NCBI GenBank assembly: GCA_050258755.1
Contig: JBLMZI010000005.1
Location: 79,534-143,533, forward strand
From: Solirubrobacterales bacterium
GTDB taxonomy: Bacteria > Bacillota > Syntrophomonadia > Syntrophomonadales > DTU052
Length of the DNA: 64,000 nucleotides
Direction: 5' to 3'
Position 1 is the first letter of the stretch. Every line of letters starts with the position of its first letter. Made by a program: the position numbers and the translations under genes. Of the stretch, positions 53,816 through 61,986 are shown piece by piece. The notes below the pieces were generated by a model, which was not told the origin of the DNA, did no database searches, and worked only from the letters and a program-made list of their open reading frames with translations.

Positions 53816-55054
53816 CTACTTAGCCAGTAAATCCTTGACCTTCGCCTGGGACACGTCGATTTGGGTGATTGGTTTGCCATAATCGTACAGGTCGTAGGAC
53901 ATTTTCATGTCCATCTTCATATTGGTGGTTGCCGAACCGATCGTCATGGGCAGGTTCATGAAAGCCGTTTCTTCGAAGCAATCAATTAATTTGGTCTGCT
54001 GATTGATATAGATCTTCGCGTTGAACCGCATCGACATCCCCTTGTTCGCACCGGGTTGGATGAGCTTTTCGAACGTCGGATTGCTCTTGCTGAGCAGAGC
54101 CGTAACGGACTTTTCATCCATATCCAGGTTGATGACCCAGTACGTTTGACCATTTCGAACCTGATCCGCTTCCTGCACCAATTTGGCGCCCATATCCTTC
54201 ATTTGCTGGATCGAACTGAGCGGATCGCTGCTCTTGGATGCTTCAATGGCCTTTTTTAATTGTGCCTCATCAAGACCGGTAAGCTTGTACCAGCCTTCGT
54301 TTTCCACGTTTGTGTACATGCCGTTTTCGGTCACAATCGTTTCCGAACTGGCATTGCTGAGCTTTTCGGTCGCGCTTGCGGAATTCATCTTCATATTCAT
54401 CTTCATGAAAAGGTACATGGGTTTCTGCTGCATTTCCATCAGATAATCAATGACGGATTTCATGTTTTCCGGCGCAGATCCTTTTCCGTCATCGACCGTC
54501 ATATCCATGTCCATGCTCCCTTTGATCTTCACCGTATTGGCTTCGATCATCAGACGGCTCGCCTCGGCATACAGCGTGTCAGCGGTGGTCGGGACCGTCT
54601 GGACGATTGGCCGGGCGGCGTAGTTGATCGCAGCAATCTGCCGGGCCGCATTCCAATTGAACACGGCGCCCAGCGCGGAACAGAGGTTCTGGGCCGGGAG
54701 CAGCAATTTTCTTTTCTGGATAAACGGAGCCCGGTTCAATTTGATGGAGATCCCATTCAGCTTTGCTTTGGTGCTGCCAACCGTCATGACCAGCACCTGC
54801 TTTTCTTTTTTAACCGTAATTGTCTTTCCGGCAACCGAAATATCGGCGCCGAGCAATGCTTTAACCGAAACCGAGGGCAGATAAACCGTTCCTTTCGAGA
54901 CCACGGGCGGATTGGGAACAGTCACATTCGCACCGTTCACCTGAACGGTAACAGCGGCCGCGGCGGTTGTGGCCAGCATAAGTACAAACAACAGAGCAAC
55001 GACGAAGACAATAGGTTTCCTTGACAAAATTTCCATCACCTTTCTTTTTCCCAC
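53816..55054 (-). CDS. Secreted stalk-domain (copper amine oxidase N-terminal) protein with LolA-like or unknown C-terminal domain
   Basis: Signal peptide VVALLFVLMLATTAAAA. The stalk pattern VQVNGANVTVPNPPVVSKGTVYLPSVSVKALLG occurs twice. The start is uncertain (GTG 55054 or ATG 55036). Confidence 0.7.
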   Translation of the reverse strand: MGKRKVMEILSRKPIVFVVALLFVLMLATTAAAAVTVQVNGANVTVPNPPVVSKGTVYLPSVSVKALLGADISVAGKTITVKKEKQVLVMTVGSTKAKLNGISIKLNRAPFIQKRKLLLPAQNLCSALGAVFNWNAARQIAAINYAARPIVQTVPTTADTLYAEASRLMIEANTVKIKGSMDMDMTVDDGKGSAPENMKSVIDYLMEMQQKPMYLFMKMNMKMNSASATEKLSNASSETIVTENGMYTNVENEGWYKLTGLDEAQLKKAIEASKSSDPLSSIQQMKDMGAKLVQEADQVRNGQTYWVINLDMDEKSVTALLSKSNPTFEKLIQPGANKGMSMRFNAKIYINQQTKLIDCFEETAFMNLPMTIGSATTNMKMDMKMSYDLYDYGKPITQIDVSQAKVKDLLAK

Positions 55055-55181
55055 GATTGATCCATATTATAAATCATCCCAAAACGAATTGGAAAAGATT
55101 TCTCGATCAACCATAAAAACCAAAATCGTCGCAATTTTGTGTGCTTGGCTCAGATTGGTTTGGGAAAAAACTTGATAATGA

Positions 55182-55214
55182 AATCAGGGCTCCCGGTTTT
55201 CGGGAAGCCCTGAT
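55182..55214 (-). terminator. Putative terminator after the CorA-like gene; left edge of the AT-richer block
   Basis: ATCAGGGCTTCCCG AAAAC CGGGAGCCCTGAT on the reverse strand (one bulge). Weak T tail. Confidence 0.45.
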
Positions 55215-55248
55215 CTGTTCAGACATACCGTGTTGGATGGAAGCGAGG

Positions 55249-57936
55249 CTAATGGCGGGAGACTTTTTTTGAATGTCTGCTTTTTGCCGACTTACCGGAT
55301 TCCTTTACGTGATCGACGCCCGCTCGTGACCGGAGTGGATTAAAATCCATCCATTTCCACCAGCCAAGCTGAAGAACCACAAAAACAGCCAACCAGACCC
55401 ATTCCCAGACAATCGCGCGGCCAAAGACGTTTGGAAGATGTTCATTCAAATCGCTTAATACCGCGTAAAAACCGCCAAAAGCCAGAAGCGGAAAGACTAC
55501 GGCTGATACTGTATCCATGGTTTTGGCAAAACTGGCCTGGTTGAACTCGTCAAAGGCGGTGATCTGTTCTGACACCTCTTCGTAGATGATCTGGTTTTCA
55601 AAAATATCCTGCCATCGGCGGAAGAGTTCCATCCCGTTTTCATCGTTCGTAATCTGGCTGAACCAGCTTCTGATAGTGAATTCCAGGAAGGACTCGCGAA
55701 GCACGCTGACCATGGCCCCAGCTGATTTGTTATCCTTGCTGTGCACGGACAGCTCTGACGCCATGCCCAGAAGAATGTGCCGCTGATGCAGGGCCAGCAG
55801 GGCGATGATAAAGCCTAAATCCCAGTAAACGCTTCCAGTTAACGTTTGTTGCGCGAATCGCGCATTGTCCCTTGCTGATACCAGGCCCGCGCCGTTTTTA
55901 CTGATGCAGTATGTGATCAGGGGATTTTCTTTAAAGAGCATCTTGCCCGCGAGATCGTCATTGGCCCCAATCGGCAGCTTTTCATGCCAGTCTTTATGGG
56001 ACGCCAGTTTTAAAGCGACTTCGTGGACCCGCTTCTGGTGCAGGCTGTTTGGAACCATGTTGATGGCGCTGTAAATAAAGTGATCCAGGCTGGTCATCGA
56101 GACGATCTGGCTTTTGCCAGCCGCCTCCTGGATCAGCCGAACAAAGACTTCTTTCATGTCCCGAATTCTGCGGTTGAAAGCACTCAGCTGCTCGATCGTG
56201 ATCCAGTTTGCAGGATCGCTGTTTGAGAACGGTGCGGTCTGAACAAATGGCAAATCGGAGCGGTACCCATTGCCGAGTTCGACTTCGATGACAAAGAATC
56301 CGACACCGTATCGAAACAATCCGATATATGCGTCTTTGATCCGCGCTCTGAGGCTTCCCAAGAGGGCGTGCTGCCCGTCAATTATCTGAGAACGCATTTC
56401 GTTGATAACTTGCAAAAAGGAATCTTCCGGATCGGAACCAAGCCTGAAAAAGGCGCAATGATCGGCCTTCTCATCAAATAAATAGGTTTGTATATACGAG
56501 AGAAAGAAATTGTCATGATCGTTTAACAGATATTTCGTGTAATTGAGAGCATTGACGAAGTGTTTCTCGAGAGAAGGATAATCCAAGGAGTCAAACGAAA
56601 ACGGGATCACATGCCGCGAGCTGTTGAAATCCAGCACGGGAACGTGAAAACGCTTGCTGATTTCCATGATTTCAGCAATAGGCAGCAGGCTGTAATGGTT
56701 TCCTGGCGCGTCAACGATCGTATAATTCTGGTTCCGGCCGTCGTACCAGGGATCCACATTTGTGCACCACGCATCTTTCGGCCAGCGTGCCTGGGCACGC
56801 GAGCGCCATCGCCCAATGTCAAAGTTACCTTGATCAATGAGCCGTTGTTCCGCTGCCAGTTCTGCGGCTTCCAGCGCTTCGCCGAGGCCAAGGAGGGACG
56901 TTTGGGCGCCTTCTTTCAAGGCAATGACGACGCGGTTCGTTTTCACTTCGTTGCCATTCGGGAGGGTTTGGGGTTTGGTGCCGGGCATAGGAATAAAGGT
57001 GAATTCGAAGCCCCTTCCGGAAGGGCTGCTTTTATCCGACCGGGCCCAATGCTTGTGTAACGAACAGGTCGGCGGTTCGGTGAAGAAGAGCGCGTCCGCT
57101 TCCTCCATCATAACCCCGTTTTCTGTGATTCGGGGCAGACTGACCGTGCGGTCCGGCGCGCTGCGCCGGGCCAAATCATCAGTATAGCGGCTGAAGTCGT
57201 CAGCCAGAAAAGTCATTTCAGCTTCGAAACCAGACAGAGCAACCAATTCGTTGTCATGCAGAACGGTGATATCGTTCGGCAGTTTGTCGTTGTTCTGCTG
57301 ATATCGGCGCTGCTTTTCCACAAATCCGGTTTCCATCGCCTTTATCAGGGCAAGTCCGCGATTCAGGATCAGATGATCAGCCGTATGCCGGTCCGGCGGC
57401 GCGCCGTTCGGATTGGCGTAAATCGTTTCGGCGATCACGCTGGCTATCGCATAAGGGGTCTTTAACTGCGCTCCGTCGAGAATGATCGAACCGGAATCGA
57501 TTCGATCGGCATAGTCGGCAAGGTGTCTGAAGAACGCATTGCGTACTGCGGGTTCCGGCCGCTGCTCAGCGGCGATTTCAGCATCGCTGACCGCGCACAG
57601 CAGATCCCGAAGGATATAGATCGATGCAAAACAGTCAAAATCCGGGAAGGTATGGCAGATGATCGTGAAAACGACCGCTTCACCGCTGCCGGCAGCATCC
57701 AGCGAGACATTGGCCTTTACTTTGTCTGGATGGACCAGAATCATGCCGGCTGTACTTTCGAAATGATGCGGGTCCCCCGATCTGGACGACTTGTGGTGCT
57801 GATCCAGGACACCGTACTCGTCACTGTTGCCGACATCGATGTAGTACCGGTTGCGGGCAGGTTCAAACGGCAGACCCGGCCGAACTGTGGTTCCCTGGGG
57901 GACAAACTGAAACTCAAACCGGGCTGTACGCGCCAT
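55249..57936 (-). CDS. Large hypothetical protein: DHH/MYG1-like N-terminal motifs, long middle region, CorA-like C-terminal two-TM hairpin
   Basis: GGAGGCGG RBS 6 nt before ATG 57936 (ORF opens at 58020). N-terminal motifs YYIDVGNSDEYGVLDQHH, STAGMILVH and ICHTFPDFDCFASIYILRDLL. C-terminal VVFPLLAFGGFYAVLSDLNEHLPNV...IVWEWVWLAVFVVLQLGWWKW parallels the CorA IFxPLTFIxGxYGMNFxxMPEL layout but has no GMN. Confidence 0.7.
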   Translation of the reverse strand: MARTARFEFQFVPQGTTVRPGLPFEPARNRYYIDVGNSDEYGVLDQHHKSSRSGDPHHFESTAGMILVHPDKVKANVSLDAAGSGEAVVFTIICHTFPDFDCFASIYILRDLLCAVSDAEIAAEQRPEPAVRNAFFRHLADYADRIDSGSIILDGAQLKTPYAIASVIAETIYANPNGAPPDRHTADHLILNRGLALIKAMETGFVEKQRRYQQNNDKLPNDITVLHDNELVALSGFEAEMTFLADDFSRYTDDLARRSAPDRTVSLPRITENGVMMEEADALFFTEPPTCSLHKHWARSDKSSPSGRGFEFTFIPMPGTKPQTLPNGNEVKTNRVVIALKEGAQTSLLGLGEALEAAELAAEQRLIDQGNFDIGRWRSRAQARWPKDAWCTNVDPWYDGRNQNYTIVDAPGNHYSLLPIAEIMEISKRFHVPVLDFNSSRHVIPFSFDSLDYPSLEKHFVNALNYTKYLLNDHDNFFLSYIQTYLFDEKADHCAFFRLGSDPEDSFLQVINEMRSQIIDGQHALLGSLRARIKDAYIGLFRYGVGFFVIEVELGNGYRSDLPFVQTAPFSNSDPANWITIEQLSAFNRRIRDMKEVFVRLIQEAAGKSQIVSMTSLDHFIYSAINMVPNSLHQKRVHEVALKLASHKDWHEKLPIGANDDLAGKMLFKENPLITYCISKNGAGLVSARDNARFAQQTLTGSVYWDLGFIIALLALHQRHILLGMASELSVHSKDNKSAGAMVSVLRESFLEFTIRSWFSQITNDENGMELFRRWQDIFENQIIYEEVSEQITAFDEFNQASFAKTMDTVSAVVFPLLAFGGFYAVLSDLNEHLPNVFGRAIVWEWVWLAVFVVLQLGWWKWMDFNPLRSRAGVDHVKESGKSAKSRHSKKVSRH

Positions 57937-58238
57937 TGATGTCCGCCTCCAAGCTAACGTGATTACGAATCCATACAAAGACGGTGCTAGCGGGGAAGCC
58001 GATGCTTCGCCGTAACCCATAAAGTATTTCGGCTATTAAGAGCATTTTCCTGCTCCCTGGATGAATTGACCTTGGGGGAGAATTCGACGAATGCTTTGCG
58101 GGATTCCGACACAAAAGCCGCTAATCTATCAAAAAAGGAGATAATTTGACCCATATGGCAGGAACTCGTTGGTGCAAGTGGAATATCACTCTTGGGTAAT
58201 CTCAAGGGATATTTCGATGGACCAACAGGAGGCGTTCT

Positions 58239-61200
58239 ATGTTCACGAACAATAATGGCTTAAAGGAATTTGATCTGATCTCCAAAGAACGCAGAAACAA
58301 CGAGGATCAGGACTACATCAATCTGCCTGAGGTGGTTTACGCAAAATCCCTTGAAGCCTATAACAGATATGAGAAAACCGGTGAACTGCCAGAGTACAAC
58401 TGGAACAGCACCTTCCTGAAACAGATCGGCAGGACCTACGGCGAAAAGCTGGTTGATTTCAAACTGCTGAGTTTTGTTGAGTTTACGCTGTACAAAGATA
58501 CGTATAAATCACAGAACTTTGTTGTGTTGAAAGACAATGAAACCAACCGGGTCTTTGATGCCGAAGGACAATTCATCTTACCGCGCTACCAATATGATTT
58601 TCCCGTCGACAAGGAGCATTCGAAGAAACTTTTAAATATTCTGCTCGATTACTTATATCAGACGCGATTCAAGCTGGAAAGCCATACACATTTTATTGAT
58701 ACCGGGGAACAGGTCGGGCACAGCAGTTATCAAGACGTGGATTCCTATACCAAGGCATTGCTGAAAAACTTCATGCAGGACTACGCGTTAAATAACAACG
58801 CCTATGGATTTGCCGGCTACCCAGCCATTCACTTTGCCGTTACCAGGGACGTTGTCATCATGATCGCCTTTAAGCCGATGAATAGTTTCTTTGTGGATGA
58901 CAGTATCGACGAACTCGAGAATATTTTTGATATCAGCATTGGTTTTTTTGCGAATACCCGCAAGATCTATAACTTTGAATATAAGAACCTGCTGAATCAA
59001 TACCGAGCCTATTCAATGTTTATCTACAAAAACGAGTTGGAGAGAAGTATCCGCGACTCCATTGGCGAGGCATCGTTGATTTCAAGATATTGGTACACTG
59101 AGGGTTTGCAGAAGGTAACGGAAAAGCAGGAGAAAACCAATCACGCCACCGACTCGTTTGATTTCTCGCAGATTTTCGTGAACGAGATTCTGAACGCACA
59201 GATTGACGGGGTGGAGAACATTGAGATATACCCGTTTGACCGGTGTTTCATTTTCAAAGATTCGGCGCTGATCAAGGCCGATCAAAACGATGAGGAAGAT
59301 GTGAAGCTGGTTACCTGCGAAACCTTGTTGATGAAGAAGAGTATTTCGGAGATCGAGAGCATCAAGCAGCGCAATAATTACGTGTATGAGTGGGACCGGC
59401 TGTTGTACGACATCAAGGACTATGACATTGATTACAGCAAAAAAAATGTCGAGTTCAGCGACTGGAGAATCGAATACAAAGATCGGCTTCAGTTCGAACA
59501 CAATTTAACCGAATCGTATTCCGGGCTTAAAGACGATCCGGCGAAAGCCATCGATTTCATGCTTTACAATCTGATCTGTAAAAAGGCCAGCACCAAACAG
59601 CTGCTCGAACTGGAAAAGGAATGTTTCAGCAATGATGACGGCTTGTGTTACATCTACCTCAAAAACGTGGATTTGAACACCATGCAGATGTTGACCGCTC
59701 TGCAGGAAAAATATTTGCGGGAAATTTACAAAGATGTGAAGCAGATGGAGGAGTTTCTCAGCCAGGTCGACACGAAAAACGCCAAAGTCGTTTTTGTTTC
59801 ATATGACCCGAGCAGGGTTAAGTCGGAAAACAATATTAAGATCGAGCAGAAACACGCATTCAGTATTTTGATTGTGGTCGACGCGGACATTCAAAAGAGT
59901 GTAATGGAAATTCAGTCCGAAAAAGAAGATTTAAAAACCGCGGTGAAACTGATTGTCCGGCAAAAAACCGAAGCCGCCGAGCTGGTCAAAATGGAACGTG
60001 AGAAGCAGAAAAGCTTCATTTTAAACCAACTCAAATCGACTTTGCACAGTATCAAGGGCAGAGTGCACGACATGAAGGCAAAACAGGAATTGGATCAGAT
60101 GCTGCGCGATTTCAGCCAAAAGCTGAAGGAAGATACCCTTGAACTGAAAACGACCTTGGTCAATCAAAGCACCCCGCAAGAGCGTTTTAAATGCCTGTTC
60201 CGCGAGATTACCGGCGACATGTTCGAAAGGTCGGGCGGCAGGTTGTGGGATAAAATCGTGCAGGAAATTGCGAACTCGAATGATCCCGCCTTTTTCAATA
60301 CCCGAAGAAGCCTCGAGTGCACAGACCCTTTGGAGTCGGTCGGCATCATTGTCTATGAGAGTTTCCTGCCGGAGTTTAGTATTCTGATGGATAAGATCAC
60401 ACTTCAGGAAGCCTTTCATGTCGTCCTGAAAAACACCGTGGAAGAGGCGAAATCGACCGACGACAAATTCGTGGCCATCCAGTTCAATGTTGGGTATGGC
60501 GACAAGGACCGGGGGGTTCTAAGCATCCAGCTCATCAATTCCTGTCATCCGATTACCGAAGAAAGGCTGCAGGAGATGAATACGGCGGTCGAAGAAGTCT
60601 CAATCAACGAAAACAAAGAGGGTTCAACCGGCTTTGGCGTGGCTTCGTCCCGAGCCCAGCTCACCAGCCGTTTCGGAGCAGAGGCCTCGATCAAGTACCG
60701 CCTGCTGACCAAAAACCAGATTAGCACAACCTTGACGATGCCCATTGTCTTCCTACAGAATGACACGATTTTCGGGGACGGGCGGGTTGCCCACGAGGTA
60801 AAAGAAAGCTGCAAAGTCGTTTACCTTGAAGATGAGAAAACATACTATCAGGAATCCTGCGCGTATTTGGACGGGATGATCAAAGGGCATTACCGCCATA
60901 CCACCACGGCGAACCTGTTTGAGGAATACTGGAAAAAGGCCGATATTCTCTTTACCGATATTAGCGTGCCCAACAAGGAAGGGGGTAAGGCGTCTCCAAC
61001 GTTCGGACTCAGCGCAATCAACAACTTCTTCCGATTGGGTCAGGGCAAAACCATTTTCGTGCTGTCCAACAGCGAGTCCCAGGGGATTAAAGAGGATATC
61101 CTCACGCGGAGCGGCTTAACCAGCGGCAGTATTACGGAGCAGGATATCCTGCTTGATCTAAATGAGATTAAAAAAGGGAAAATCTACGTCGCGGATAATG

Positions 61201-61985
61201 TGAAATCGATTAAGACCCTGATGGAGAACCATCCGGCGGTGATCGATTTTCTCAAGCAGCATTTTGGGATTGACGACGACGGTGAGGCGGAGCCAGTGCC
61301 GGATGACAGCGGCCAAGCGGAGGCGTATACTATCGAGTCAGCCGAAAGCTTTGAACAAATCCTGGAAACCATCTCGATGGACACGCTGGCAAGTCGGTAT
61401 GTTCTGCGAGATGTAACGAATGATCAGCTGCCGGAAGTCTTTCGAAGGTGGACCACTAAAATGATTTACCTTCCGGATATTGAGGACCAGGAGTGCCTTT
61501 CGAATCCGGATTTGGTGGATACGCTGCTGTTTATCCAATTGAGTGACTGCTCGGCGTTTAATGTCATGGACTCCACGCTGTTCGGTTTGAAAAACAACGT
61601 CGTTTTCGTACCGTCTGCCTACTCCAATACCCAGCAAGCCTGCCTTGAGATTGCCCGGCAGTATCAGGAGCGCATCAGTCTGACCAGCAGTGGGATTTTG
61701 TCAGCCCTGAACCATGATTTGGCGAAGTATGAAGATCCGGCCGTCAAAATGATTCGGGAAAAAATCATCAGCAGCAAAGCCTACACTGTCGCAAAGACCT
61801 ATAAAATCGATTCGCTGATATTGGCCGAACCGAAAGCCGATTTAGACGAACTGCGTTATATCCAGGACATTAAGCAGGAATTAGAGATCTATGCCCGGGA
61901 AACGAAAGACCAAATCCTGCTGAAACATGTTGAGAACCTAACCTTCTGCCTGACGCTTTGCCAGGCCATGGCTGGAGGTGAGTAA
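58239..61985 (+). CDS. Giant soluble histidine-kinase-like / receiver hybrid protein with unknown N- and C-terminal domains
   Basis: ACAGGAGG RBS. 1248 aa, no TM. Coiled-coil then LKSTLHSIKGRVH (His603, nt 60045). N-box-like HVVLKNTVEEA. G2-like EGSTGFGVASS. Receiver VVYLEDE...ADILFTDISVP (Asp907, nt 60957)...FVLSNS...VADNVKS. A ~240-aa C-terminal region includes ILSALNHDLAKY. Confidence 0.75.
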   Translation: MFTNNNGLKEFDLISKERRNNEDQDYINLPEVVYAKSLEAYNRYEKTGELPEYNWNSTFLKQIGRTYGEKLVDFKLLSFVEFTLYKDTYKSQNFVVLKDNETNRVFDAEGQFILPRYQYDFPVDKEHSKKLLNILLDYLYQTRFKLESHTHFIDTGEQVGHSSYQDVDSYTKALLKNFMQDYALNNNAYGFAGYPAIHFAVTRDVVIMIAFKPMNSFFVDDSIDELENIFDISIGFFANTRKIYNFEYKNLLNQYRAYSMFIYKNELERSIRDSIGEASLISRYWYTEGLQKVTEKQEKTNHATDSFDFSQIFVNEILNAQIDGVENIEIYPFDRCFIFKDSALIKADQNDEEDVKLVTCETLLMKKSISEIESIKQRNNYVYEWDRLLYDIKDYDIDYSKKNVEFSDWRIEYKDRLQFEHNLTESYSGLKDDPAKAIDFMLYNLICKKASTKQLLELEKECFSNDDGLCYIYLKNVDLNTMQMLTALQEKYLREIYKDVKQMEEFLSQVDTKNAKVVFVSYDPSRVKSENNIKIEQKHAFSILIVVDADIQKSVMEIQSEKEDLKTAVKLIVRQKTEAAELVKMEREKQKSFILNQLKSTLHSIKGRVHDMKAKQELDQMLRDFSQKLKEDTLELKTTLVNQSTPQERFKCLFREITGDMFERSGGRLWDKIVQEIANSNDPAFFNTRRSLECTDPLESVGIIVYESFLPEFSILMDKITLQEAFHVVLKNTVEEAKSTDDKFVAIQFNVGYGDKDRGVLSIQLINSCHPITEERLQEMNTAVEEVSINENKEGSTGFGVASSRAQLTSRFGAEASIKYRLLTKNQISTTLTMPIVFLQNDTIFGDGRVAHEVKESCKVVYLEDEKTYYQESCAYLDGMIKGHYRHTTTANLFEEYWKKADILFTDISVPNKEGGKASPTFGLSAINNFFRLGQGKTIFVLSNSESQGIKEDILTRSGLTSGSITEQDILLDLNEIKKGKIYVADNVKSIKTLMENHPAVIDFLKQHFGIDDDGEAEPVPDDSGQAEAYTIESAESFEQILETISMDTLASRYVLRDVTNDQLPEVFRRWTTKMIYLPDIEDQECLSNPDLVDTLLFIQLSDCSAFNVMDSTLFGLKNNVVFVPSAYSNTQQACLEIARQYQERISLTSSGILSALNHDLAKYEDPAVKMIREKIISSKAYTVAKTYKIDSLILAEPKADLDELRYIQDIKQELEIYARETKDQILLKHVENLTFCLTLCQAMAGGE

Positions 61986-61986
61986 G

